Shown: piece after piece, positions 1 through 12,580 of the stretch | How positions within the stretch are numbered: position 1 is the first letter of the stretch | Layout of the letters: each line of letters begins with the position of its first letter | Assembly: GCA_002633005.1 (NCBI GenBank) | Contig: NMRA01000430.1 | Span: 275,521-339,520 of the forward strand | DNA: 64,000 nt | Direction of reading: 5' to 3' | Source of the DNA: Phoronis australis | Lineage: Eukaryota; Animalia; Phoronida | Position numbers and translations under genes: made by a program | The notes under the pieces: generated by a model | What the model saw: only the letters and a program-made list of their open reading frames with translations | Database searches by the model: none | What the model was told of the DNA's origin: nothing

Positions 1-1602
1 TGACTACACCAGGTTTGCTACATGGGAATAGGTTATTAAAGACCCCGCTGCCATTCAAGTTGCACATTCACTGCCTTGTGAAAGCATAAACCATTATGAA
101 ATTAACACCTGGGCCCTGAGTTTCAACTTTTTACACAGAATTATTTTTGTTATTTTCTATTTTAGTTTTGTTTGAATTCGAGATAAGTTTCTTTTATTCT
201 ATACTTGAGTACTTATTGATGGCAATTAATGATCCCAGCATTACAGCTAAAAGTTTGAGTCTGAGTTCGAGGTTTTACTAGAAATCTTGAGTTTTTACTC
301 AAATTTTAGCTCGAATCTAGTGGTCATTAAGTACTATCTTGATCTCGCAAGGATGTGGACTAGAAGTGACAAAAACAATTTCAAGTTCGATTTGGATTGA
401 AAGTTTCACTCTAGAGGTGTATTCCCAAAACATGATCGCATAATCACTTTTCAGGGTTTTAAATCAATCTATACAAGACTGGGTTAGAATCTGTTTAGCC
501 CAAAAAGCATTTAAATGCTATGTGGAGAATAATAAAACATCTGTACTAAACTGTGTTGAAAAAATGAACCCTTTTGACATTCCTTATCCACAAATTGTAC
601 CATTTTTCAAGCTGCTATTTACCCAAACTCTTTTTAGAACCGTCATGTAACAATATAAGCTTGGTCTGGTACAAACAATGTTGTTTTTGGCCAAATTAGT
701 AGCAAAAATCACAAGTACTCACATGAAAATTGGCATTGGATTTGGATACTAGTCTGATGTCAATCTTCATGTGTGTGCTCGTGATTAGACTCTTGATCTT
801 GTACTGTTCCTTACTGAGATTACATGTGGTATATTGGCTTCGGTTGAACGGATAGTTTCTTATTGCTTAAGACCTGGTGCAATAACCATGGCTTTGAGCA
901 ATAACAAAGTTTGAATTCTTCCAAGTCCACTAAGGAACAAGTTGAGACAGAGATATATACAGGGCTTGGAATTTTCCTTTTTTGTTTTATTTCCTTTTAT
1001 TTGATTTCCAGCTTCTTTTTTATCATCATTTCTTGGCTTGATTCAGGCCAAAACATTTATTTCAGTTTAATTTTACAACACAAAAATATTTCTATCACAC
1101 AAGCCTGTTGTGAAATGATAGATCACCTGGAAAATTTTCCTCTTATAGTCATTCCAATTCCTGTGTATAGTGGTAAGTTGTTCAGATCAAAATTTATTCT
1201 TATTCACATAAGATGCATTTATAGCAACTTTAAGGGATTTAATTCGAATGAAATCTGGAAGCTAGAAGACACCATCTGATAAGCGCATTCTGAAATCAAC
1301 AATTGTGCTTGTACTTTCCAAGATGTTCAACACATATTGTTAGGTATAGAGATAGGGTTCATTCCACCATCCTTGGGCTTTCAGGGTACCCTCCTAAAAC
1401 CATTCCAAGGGGGTACTCCCACAGGTTTATACAAGACACGACACTCAACTGGGTGATTTTTCTCAAACAATTTCTTTTCAAAATGGTGCTTGAAAAAAAT
1501 CCCTACCACAGCAAACTTTTTCCTATGAATACAACGGGTTTCACTCTGGAAGTTAAAAACACTGCAAATGGCACCTTTTTCCTACTGCAATAGGGGTTTT
1601 AA

Positions 1603-2677
1603 AGGAGAATGCCCCCCCCAAAAACAACCTATTTTGTTTCAATTTAGATCGAGTAGTTCTACTCGAAAACGGCACGTTCGGCTGCGCAACCTGACACCTG
1701 ACGGCAGACGGAGGTGTTGAAATTATCCATTGACGTAATTGGTTTCACACTCAGTCTGTTCAGCAGTTCAAAACACGGGTTAGTGGTGTCGGCTTATTGC
1801 TTGAATTCGTCGTTTAGCACCAATAAATCATCAAACTTTGATGTAAAACCCTTAAAATACACCGAGTTCTTATGAAAACGTGTTGTTTTATTTCGCTGTT
1901 ACGCATTTACTGATATTTGGGCACACCATAGCCTACAAAGTTCGGCAGGCCAATTTACCAAGGTCCGTAGCAGACGGGAGTTTGGGGTCTGTTCGGAGAT
2001 GAATTCAAATATTCTTCCGTGGAATACAGACAAGAGAACCTAGATATGTATTGTTAATACTTGTGATTTTTTAGTTCTAAACACACAAAACGATTGTTAT
2101 CCCGACCAGTGGCTCGGACCCCGATGAGGCCCGTCGCGGCCGCCGGGACTGGCACGAACATAAACCAGCTTCAGTTGAAAACTAAACCTCCAGTCACGAA
2201 ATTAAATTTAACTTGATGAACGCATTAATCGTCATTATTTTGACATTTGTCTCTTTATTTTGATACCAGTCCTTAGGGTTTATTTTGCATTACTTATCTC
2301 TATTTATAGCCTCAAGGGCCTACTTTTGTATTCATACATTTCTCTACGCGACACCTGATTGGTCGCCCATATTTCCTTTGTTCAGTTCAACGTGGTCTCT
2401 CTCATTCAGCCATCTATCTCGTCGTCTACAAGACCTACGTTCGTTCTCAGAATTTTTTGTTTGCATTCGTTTCCTTTTGACCCTTGACCCCTTACTCCGT
2501 TCGGGCGCGACGCTCTGCCACTTCTCGTTCCTCTGCTTTACTTCGTCCTTTTCGAGGTAAGTCCCGTTTTTGATTTTAACCAACCTTTTCATTCACGTTA
2601 TACCCCATGTCGCCCGATGTAGGTATAGACCTATTAAGACGGTAAAAATGACTAATTAAATCGGGTGGCATTCTCCT
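1603..2677. mobile_element. Non-autonomous Kolobok-type DNA transposon (copy 1)
   Basis: TTAA at 1599-1602 and 2678-2681 flank inverted termini AGGAGAATGCC...GGCATTCTCCT. The left ~600 bp and the right end are shared with the element at 24397-26089. TTAA TSDs with RR...YY ends are typical of Kolobok. Confidence 0.8.
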
Positions 2678-2973
2678 TTAATACGATAACTGTATTTTAA
2701 AACCTTGGACTAGACTCATTTTTGACAACAGGAATCTCTGAACCGACTTCTTCAAGCTTAATGGGTGAAAAAGACACAGCTGTCCAAGAATTACTACGAA
2801 ATGATTCATTTGTTAGCCTTAGCTCTTATAAAACGATTGTGCATTTGAAACATTAGGCTACAATTTTATTGAAATCCAAACCTCAGACCACAAACACAAT
2901 GTTTTTTAGCCACTGTCTAAATGGGTGGAGATTCTTCTAGTACTGGATTATGCACAAAACTAAAGCCGGGTTA

Positions 2974-3246
2974 GGGCCCATTTGGAACACCTCTCGGGTA
3001 TTTTCGTAGCTGGAGCACCTCGGCTATTTTCCAATTTACATGTACAAATTTTTCTTAGAAACACTTCAGGTATTTTCGTAGCCTCAAACATCCTCTCGGA
3101 GATGAACGTTATCCAAAATATGGCAAGTCACGTGATTTTCAATCTTGACAGTAATAGGCAAACTGAAGTCCGCACACATGCAGAGAGCATTCACCTATTT
3201 GGTGAAATTTGTGGTTACGAAAACACCCGAGGTGTTCTGGATGCCC
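2974..3246. mobile_element. PIF/Harbinger-like MITE (second copy 4418-4713)
   Basis: Imperfect TIRs GGGCCCATTTGGAACACCTCTCGGGTATTTTCGTAGC / GTTACGAAAACACCCGAGGTGTTCTGGATGCCC, with TTA/TTG flanks. Confidence 0.55.
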
Positions 3247-3804
3247 TTGGAAGTTAATGTTTTCAGTGCATGCTCGAACTTTATGGTCAATCATTCTCCA
3301 CTAAGTTTGATAATCACGCAGGTTAAATTCACCTCCAATGAGAAAATTGAGGCCCCGAATATACTCAAGTTGATCTGAATGGCTTAGGACCCTCAAGTTG
3401 TGCGGGGTCCCACCTCAAAAAGGGAAATGGGGAAGAACAAATTAGTATTTCAACGAGGTGGGAGGTGTAGCTTGAGAATTGTGGCTACCTGGAGGGTCGA
3501 AAATTGTGGTGTTCTAGGGGTTGAATACTGTGTAGGCTGCGAAGTGGTGGAAATTGGGTGCCAGCAGTATCTACTGTGACATACACAGACGGGAAAGGGG
3601 GGGGCAAGGGGCCATGGTTCTGCCTAAAATTCTCCCAGATTGGCAGTTGGGGGTGAAAATGTCTGACGGGCAAAATACTCTGCCCTTGCCCCTACCCCCT
3701 AACTCAAAATCCTGGATCATCTCCTGCTGTAAGATCTTACAGCAGGGGAGGATCCAGGATTTCGGGACGTTTTCATTTCATAAAAAGCATTCAAACAATG
3801 AAAN

Positions 3805-3878
3805 TATTGCAAGATTGCGGATGGAAAAGTGTCCTGTAGCAGACCCCAACCAACCTCGAGGGTCTGTGCAGGAGACTA
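3805..3878. mobile_element. Right end of an Academ-type MITE, truncated by the N
   Basis: Ends in ...GGGTCTGTGCAGGAGACTA with a subterminal CAGACCC...GGGTCTG hairpin. Present only ahead of the second duplicate copy. Confidence 0.4.
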
Positions 3879-6800
3879 CGTTCGTTCTCAGAATTTTTTG
3901 TTTGCATTCGTTTCCTTTTGACCCTTGACCCCTTACTCCGTTCGGGTGCGACGCTCTGCCACTTCTCGTTCCTTTGCTTTACTTTGTCCTTTTCGAGGTA
4001 AGTCCCGTTTTTGATTTTAACCAACCTTTTCATTCACGTTATACCCCATGTCGCCCGATGTAGGTATAGACCGATTAAGACGGTAAAAAAGACTAATTAA
4101 ATCGGGTGGCATTCTCCTTTAATACGATAACTGTATTTTAAAACCTTTGACACTAGACTCATTTTTGACAACAGGAATCTCTGAACCGAATTCTTCAAGC
4201 TTAATGGGTGAAAAAGACAAAGCTGTCCAAGAATTACTACGAAATGATTCATTTGTTAGCATTAGCTCTTATAAAAAGATTGTGCATTTGAAACATAAGG
4301 CTACAATTTTATTGAAGTCCAAACCTCAGACCACAAACACAATGTTTTTTTAGCCACTGTCTAAATGGGTGGAGATTCTTCTAGTACTGGATTATGCACA
4401 AAACTAAAGCCGGGTTAGGGCCCATTTGGAACACCTCTCGGGTATTTTCGTAGCTACAAATTTACCCTCGTAACATCTGGAGCACCTCGGCTATTTTCCT
4501 ATTTACATGTACAAATTTTTCTTAGAAACACTTCAGGTATTTTCGTAGCCTCAAATATCCTCTCGGGGATGAACGGTATCCAAAATATGGCAAGTCACGT
4601 GATTTTCAATCTTGACAGTAATAGGCAAACTGAAGTCCGCACACATGCAGAGAGCATTCACCTATTAGGTGAAATTTGTGGTTACGAAAACACCCGAGGT
4701 GTTCTGGATGCCCTTGGAAGTTAATGTTTTCAGTGTATGCTCGAACTTTATGATCAATCATTCTCCACTAAGTTTGATAATCACGCAGGTTAAATTCACC
4801 TCCAATGAGAAAATTGAGGCCCCGAATATACTCAAGTTGATCTGAATGGCTTAAGACCCTCAAGTAGTGCGGGGTCCCACCTCAAAAAGGGAAATGGGGA
4901 AGAACAAATTAGTATTTCAACGAGGTGAGAGGTGTAGCTTGAGAATTGTGGCTACCTGGAGGGTCGAAAATTGTGGTGTTCTAGGGGGTGAATACTGTGT
5001 AGGCTGCGAAGTGGTGGAAATTGGGTGCCAGCAGTATCTACTGTAACATACACAGACGGGAAAGGGGGGGGCAAGGGGCCATGGTTCTGCCTAAAATTCT
5101 CCCAGATTGGCAGTTGGGGGTGAAAATGTCTGACGGGCAAAATACTCTGCCCTTGCCCCTACCCCCTAACTCAAAATCCTGGATCATCTCCTGCTGTAAG
5201 ATCTTACAGCAGGGGAGGATCCAGGATTTCGGGACGTTTTCATTTCATAAAAAGCATTCAAACAATGAAAAAATGCCAAGTGAAAATAGTGAAGCCATTG
5301 TTAATTCAGGTTTATTTTCCTAGTAAGGAATCATTAATTACATGATTTTACTACAGTTTGTTGGTAATATCACAATATATAAACAGTTACCTCACCAGAG
5401 AGTTCCCCCCGACCGCAAACTCGACCCAGTCTCAAAATAACTTTTACTCTCGCGACACCTAGCGACCTGATAACGTAATACCGGATGTCAGCATGCGCAG
5501 AGCAAACTTCCTGGTTAAAAATTGCCAGCTGACAGCCAATGAAAACCATCGTTCTAGTGCGCTGTACCTGAGCCTTCACAAGCAATCCGTGACGTCAACT
5601 TGTGAGGTTATAGCTAGCCTCAGAAAGTTCGATGTTGACCTAGGTCTAAACTTCTCTGCAACCCACTGTCAGGGGATGAAAACAATTCAAAGTCCGCCTC
5701 TCAAAATAGGACTTGCTTTGCTGGAATGTAGAACTGCGGTCATGGGAGTGTATTCACCTCCTGATTGCGAAGCGATCGAGTGTTGGTATCTTAATCAGCG
5801 CGTGCTCTCACCGGCAGGTCACCGGTTTATCCACCAGCGCTCGACTCTGAAATATCTTTTTCACGTCATCCCGGATCACTTTAAAACAAGGTCTCATTTT
5901 GTAACCCAAAACGGTAATTGAAATACAGTACACATAATCATATTAAATAATGTGTGGCTTATTGAAATAGGTCTATACTGGTATCATTTTTGTTATTATA
6001 GTATAATTGATTTGAGAACCAAAGGCTTCTTACAAAATTTGTGTTTAGAACAAGGGCCATTCAGTATCTGAATGAGATTCCATGGTGTGGGTGGGTGACG
6101 TGCCGATTGAAAGGGTAATTTTTACCAATTTTGGCATCAAATTGGGAAAGGTTTTTGTCGAGTTTGGGCCTGAATTGATAGGATATGGTTTTCTCTAAAT
6201 TTTGTATTGACAGGTTTATTTTTTCAAAATTCGATCACTGTTGCTTTGAATAAGAAATAAATAACTGTTTATTCAGTGGGTATTCTTTTGAGTATTCATT
6301 CTGTAAGCCTCTCTGGTATTGAATTCAAGCACCCCTTTGAGTCACGTTTTGAAACGAGTCACTTTATTCCTGTCACTATAAGTAATGGGTGGCTTATTGA
6401 AAAGGGTTCATGGAGGCACACTAGTGCTCATTTCTCCTGACGAATATCCTGGTCGCAAAATTTTCTTAAACCTCTTAAAATGTAATTGCATGCTCCTGAC
6501 TGTGCTAATGTATTACAGGAACTAAACAACAATGCTTTTTGAATATCAAAAAGTGCAGCTGTATTCACTGACACGTTGTCAATGTGAAAACAAAAAAATC
6601 TGCAACTAGGTGACCTTTTCACTAATGACATACCTCACGGGCTCAAATAGCACCATGTCACGATACTTACTGGATATGGCGGATCATTTTCGCTACAAAA
6701 CTTTTTCTTAAAAACATAAGACAATTTTCAACCAACTTCATATGCACAATGTTTCTCAATAATTTGGCCTAGCAATCACATAGATAAGGAAGTTACTCAC

Positions 6801-9800
6801 AAATTCAGATATACATGACCTCAGAAAACAAAAACTATTCTACAAGTGAAAATTGCTAACGTACAAGCTACTGTTTTACCTTAAATTGCGTACAGGCAAC
6901 CTTGGCTTTTTTGAATTCCAGCTGATAGCTGCAATTACTGCAACATATGTAAAGCATCGGGAAGTTATGCACATTTCAGCCTGTGTTAAGTCCAATTTGA
7001 GGACGCTGCTGGAAGTTGCATAATACAACAACAAATATAAGAGTGTTTTCATTGTTTCCTTTCAGACCTACAATCTTCTATAAATTTGTGTATTCTCATT
7101 CAAAGCCTTGTGCCAGGATTTCCACACCAAACATCCAGGGTACTACATTTCTCCACTGCCGTTGAAGGGTAGTGCTGAAACTTTTTATAGCCAATACAAG
7201 TACATATCAAGTAGAAAGCTGACATCAGTAAATTTTCCACATGCCGTACTGACAAAGAAACGGCAGAGAGGTCAGAGGTATTGTTGCAACCCATGAGATT
7301 CCACTCGGGAAAAAGCGCAAAAAAGGACTGAGGGACACAACAATGTACTGATTCACATGACATAGTCACAGTAGTAACATGCCTACCAGTGCTCTGAATA
7401 TGATAAGACTGTTACAAGTATTTTACTAGTGCCATTTTTGGTTCGAATAGCACCTCTCTGAGTGGAAATATACGGTGTACTTTGCATTATGTTGACTGAT
7501 TTTGTTGTTTAACATTAGCTAAGTTAATGTGATATCATAATGGTTGTGACGTTCATAGATCTGGAAAATGCAACAATGATAACTCTTAAAGTACATGTGT
7601 ATTCTATTGTGCTGTACAACACTACAAGGACAATTGTTACACAAATTTAGAAACAGACCACAGAAAGTTATTTGGACAATTTGAGCAAATGATGCGATAC
7701 ATATCAATTTAATTCACGTTTTATTAACTGCTACCTGACGATAAAGTTTATCACGCAAACCCACGTCGCCTTTCGTTCGCATGCTTCTGCCTTCAAAGCT
7801 TCTTCCTGCCTCTCCTCTGAGGAAACCCTCAATATGTGCATTGGTATATTTACGACAGGAATTGTTCTTACAAAGTCGCCAATCACATGTACATCGAAAA
7901 TGTAGGGCTTGACTTTGTAATTGTCACACCCATTGTCACCAACTCTATATCATCTTTTACCTTGGATTGTATAATCTGCAAAGGGGAACATGGCAAAAGT
8001 TAAAGTGAGAGAGGGGTATCTAGAGGCACACAATTAGGATGTTTAGTGATGATGTATCGGCAACACGATTTGGACCCACAAGCAGGACTAGTGAACATAA
8101 CAGGTCATTCCGAAATCTAACACTACTTGGAAACCCCAAAACTTTAAATCTCATTTCTAAGTCAAGCACTACTGTGACAGTCTTGATATTCTAGTGAATG
8201 TATATGTTCACTCTTTTACCACCTAGTCTCACATAACCTAGCATAAGGATGCAGGGAAAAGTTGAATTGCGGCATGATTTAATCTCTTATCTTAAAACTG
8301 TTATATACTCACCTTTACAATTTTGTGTCTATGGTTACCAATGAACTCTTGTCGAATGGAACTATCCAGCTTGCTCAGAAATGGCAAGAAGGAATGGTGT
8401 AGGTACAGTAAATTACCTCAATCTCTGCACTTTTGCTTAATGGAAGAAGGATGCCAAGCCTAGATAGAAAAACAGAAGTTAGGAAATCACAAGAACCACA
8501 CTGAACTAGTACTGTAGAACTAAAACTGAAAGTTCGTTCATTGAGAACATTGTACTTTTTCAATAAAAACTTTCTTTAAGGTCCTTTCATCCTGAAGGCA
8601 TATTCATGTGCAAGCATGCTTCACTTAAAGTCAAGTCATGCACTTAAATGGGTGTTTTGTACATATCCTTTGTCTATTTTAGTACTTAGTACTTAAATAT
8701 GCAATTTAAACAAAAGTTGCATTTTGGTACAAACAAGTCAAACTACATACTTTAAAGATACATAGTCTCATTAAATTGTGAATATGCAAATGAAGTACTA
8801 ATTTACAAACTACCCTGGGTCTTCCCATATCAATGTACCGGAAACCATTCGAGAACCAGTTACAATTACAATATCCCAAAGGCTCGTTTTGCGAAACTAT
8901 TTTTATGCATTGTTGCCCAAATCAAATAAGGAACAGTTTTTAATATTTGAATATTTAACTATCAAATAACAACTGCATTATATTTGAAATTATTGGGGTT
9001 TTTGTATGTTCACATTTTGTTTTTAAGCTTTCAGTTGCAGTTTTCTTTAAAACAGCAAATTGTCTCTTGTATGTCACTATGTGGTCTCCTGTGCCATTTT
9101 ATTTTAAATCCATCTACATGTACTCAGCAGTCTGTAGCACACCCTTGACAAAGAGCGCATTGCTCAAAATGTGGGGATATTTAAATATATTTTAGTACTG
9201 ACGCTCGTCGTTTTAGTTTTACTATTTAAAATTATTTACCAATTGTTTCTTTTTCTGTACACACATTTCTCCATGAAGTCATTAGGTGGTAGTTGCTAAA
9301 ATTCAAATCTTCATGGTATTAACGAGACGTGGCATCTTTAAAATATGTCTATGTTCAGCTTGTCCCGAAATCAAAAGAAACCTGTGATTCGCATACTGTT
9401 TTATTGGGAAACTAATCATGGACATTGCTTTGCTTTCAATCACTGAGAAAGTCACCTGCTTTGCAATGAGGGTCATTAGAGTGAACTGAGGAAAGTTTGC
9501 AACAATTCAGTTTTGACAATAACATGAAATGATGAGAGTCATGTGACCATTGATACAAAACAAAGGACATGAATAATTTTATAACTCCCAATCTCATCAC
9601 TTTATTCCCAGGAAATCAAAATAAAACGTAATTACTTCTTTTTGATCGACATCTGCAGAAATGGTCACAGCAGCCAGAAATTTTTTTTCTCAGATTGTAT
9701 GGTGCATCACCCCTGTTCTTCTTGTATGTACGGTACATCTCTCCAATACAACCACCTGCCAGTACGTGTAAACCCCAATCAGGTGAGGCTGGGGTGGGAG

Positions 9801-11362
9801 TCCAGAGGTACGACTAATTAAACTGGGGCCGGGAAAAAGATTCCGTCTACTTGTGACACTGGTGCTTTCAATGCTGGTAGTGGCTGCTGTACTAGCAGAG
9901 GACACGGTGACGAAGCCAGAGGACTCGCGGTGCATATACCAAAAGTAGCATTGCACACTGCACTGCGTTGCAAGTCAGTGTAATGTTTACTCCTCAAGTC
10001 CAATTGTGGTAGCACCATATGGCCGAATAAATTTTCTGTGAACTTTCACGCAGAGCATGACCTCACTCAGTGCGCGAAACACTACGTCGGTCTCGCTCTT
10101 CGCCACCCGTTTCCTGGCTATTCGATCCGCAATATTCCGCTTTAGTTCATGGAAGAGGCCGTACAACTACTCAAATATTACTTCACTAAACGGAGCCGAG
10201 ACAAACGTGTCCCACAGAAGTTCCCTTGCTGGATAAAATCCGTCACAATGAGATTCTTTTGTCACAAAATCCCGTTATAACAATGCCATTTCGATATAAG
10301 AACTGACGAGAATCTCGAAAACTCCCATTTACAGCATGCAAATTTGATATGCTAATGAGGGAGGACTTGACTACTGCGCCATTTATACATCGACGGAAAA
10401 GCTTACCCGTGACTGCGTGTGGGAAATTGCGATTGCGTGCGCTGAAGTCGATATTTTCAAAGTACAATTACACCACTGTTTAAGGTTGCAAAGTGAATTT
10501 TTTTGATATCTTTCTCTAGAAAAAGCTTCATTCTCTCTGATGAAATCATCTGTTTTCTTTTAAATGAAACTTAACTCCTGAAATTAATCCGGGGAAGGAG
10601 ACCAAAAACGGCGGTTTAGCTAGTTGTCCCTTCCTGGTTATCTCTTCCTGCTAGAACTTATGTAAAGGGCGTATGTCGTGTTTAGCGGATGATTTGAGGA
10701 ATTTGTTGACAACAATTGCCAGGAAACTGATTTACTTGTGTTTTTGAATGAGAAAAGACAAGTTTTTACCTACTTTTGATGTAACCTGGTGGCTGTCATT
10801 TGCTATCAACCTCTGTCGTCTGCCGTCCCAGAAACCGGGTGCGATTTCAGGTGGCTGTCAGACAGATCAAATTTGCCAAATAAGTAGCCGGAAAGGGGCT
10901 TACTATGACCACTCGTTTAGAATCTAGATAGTACGAACATTCCGAATCGGTAGTCAGACTTTTTCCAGCACTTGCAAGGAAATAGAACCTTCTAGGAAAT
11001 AACTGTCAAATTTTTGGTAATATATTTTTCCGATGTATATTAACCGATCAAAAACCTCCACAGTTCGATAGAGTTTTCAACGGACTTTCATTTTCTCTAA
11101 TGTCCCCGGCCCCACGCCTAAGTCGGTTGCCACAGTTTAACCCTGACACCTGAATTTTTTGGGGGGAACAACTCCCCCCCGGACCCCGCTACTATACTGA
11201 TGTTGTACCCGTGTGTATGATATTACTGGGTAATAGTTGATCTATAACTCATTCGTCGTTGCCGTATAAAAGCTCATTTTTTGATCTCATCGGTAGTTAG
11301 TTCTCTACCAGAACACTCCGAACTCATCATTTGAAATCTGATAGGAATTTGAAGTGTCACTA

Positions 11363-12580
11363 ATGGCTGTGAACGCGAGTAACTTAACCGACTACAGCTT
11401 GGACGCTGCTTACCGAGAGGTTTGGTTAGCGAGCTGCAGAACGGCTAATGTGTTTTATGGAACAATATCGTCGTTAGCGTGCTTGCTCAACATTGTAGCT
11501 CTCGGAGTTATTTTGTGTTCCAAGATATCAGAGGCTGCTACATTTTACCTCATTAATCTCGTCATCGTCGACTTGATAACGCCAGCTTTACAAATCACTC
11601 TTGTTGTAATTGACCCCGATTGTTACTATACTTACAGATTCAGGTTTTCTCTTGATACAAATCTTACATTTGATATCGTGTTTCGGTCGCTGAGTGATTG
11701 CCTGCAATGTGTTGCTTTTTACGGATACTTGCTGAACGCCGTGTTCATGATCTTGGATAGGTTTGTTGCTACCTGGCAGCCGTTTTCTTACCAGCGTCTC
11801 GTCACCAAAAGGCGCGTCGCGCTTAGTATCGTGTGCGTTTGGTTTCTGTCCGTCGTCATGGGATTCTTGCCTTATATAATCAGTTTGGCATCCCTTGAGC
11901 AACTAAAGACATCTCGTTATACTCATAACATGACGTTAATGGAGGTGTTCTTTGTTGATTTGTATACTGGTAATATGCATACAAGCTTACAAGTTTTGTT
12001 TTTTACTGCTTGTGTAATATTTTGTTGGATACTATTTGTATATGTCGTAATATTTCGTGCCATCAGACGTCATCACAAGTTCTTGCAACTCACTCATCAG
12101 CAGAGCAAAGGTATATTGAAGGGAGCAGTCACTTCCGCCTTAATTGTGGGATCCTATGCATTGTGTTGGCTGCCATTCGGTATAACGGGGATCGTCATGA
12201 GCTATGACTCCAGTGGTGTTGACGTTAAGACATATGCCACACTGACTCAGTGGAAGGTTGCCAATTTTGGGCTCGTCTTACTGAATTCTGTGTGCGATCC
12301 TATCATTTATATTATGATAAACACAAAATTCAGATCATCTCTCGTGAGAGGGCTGAAGGTGTGTGGTTGTGACTGTCAGCGGCGAGCCAACAGACGGCGC
12401 TCTTCCTCCAGTAATAGACTAACGTTGTCGACAACTTTTGGCCATGGTAGACGGCAGCAGACACGCTCAGCTGATTTAGTCATTGCGGAACAATGTGAGG
12501 AGATGTCTGTGAGGAATTCGCATCATCGGTCTCAAGGCGAGCAACCTTTACCATGGACCGTTGAACACTTACCACTTTAG
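11363..12580 (+). CDS. Intronless class A (rhodopsin-like) orphan GPCR, ~405 aa
   Basis: Seven hydrophobic segments; N-terminal sequons NAS and NLT; TM2 LINLVIVDL; TM3 LDRF; TM4 W; TM6 CWLPF; TM7 NSVCDPIIY; helix 8 FR followed by CGCDC; Ser/Thr-rich tail. The first ATG is at 11363 (the track starts at GTG 11354). Confidence 0.93.
   Translation: MAVNASNLTDYSLDAAYREVWLASCRTANVFYGTISSLACLLNIVALGVILCSKISEAATFYLINLVIVDLITPALQITLVVIDPDCYYTYRFRFSLDTNLTFDIVFRSLSDCLQCVAFYGYLLNAVFMILDRFVATWQPFSYQRLVTKRRVALSIVCVWFLSVVMGFLPYIISLASLEQLKTSRYTHNMTLMEVFFVDLYTGNMHTSLQVLFFTACVIFCWILFVYVVIFRAIRRHHKFLQLTHQQSKGILKGAVTSALIVGSYALCWLPFGITGIVMSYDSSGVDVKTYATLTQWKVANFGLVLLNSVCDPIIYIMINTKFRSSLVRGLKVCGCDCQRRANRRRSSSSNRLTLSTTFGHGRRQQTRSADLVIAEQCEEMSVRNSHHRSQGEQPLPWTVEHLPL

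Larger units (their letters stand above)
2435..5270. repeat. ~1.4-kb tandem duplication (2435-3803 ~ 3876-5270) around a single N at 3804; probable uncollapsed alleles
   Basis: Near-identical copies with SNPs and small indels; the duplicated ORFs appear in the track (2344/3791, 3485/4952, 3554/5021). The N lies at the junction. Confidence 0.9.

Noticed and set aside
11588-11902. Antisense ORF in the GPCR and nested ORFs in gag-pol
   Set aside because: Shadow frames of real coding sequence.
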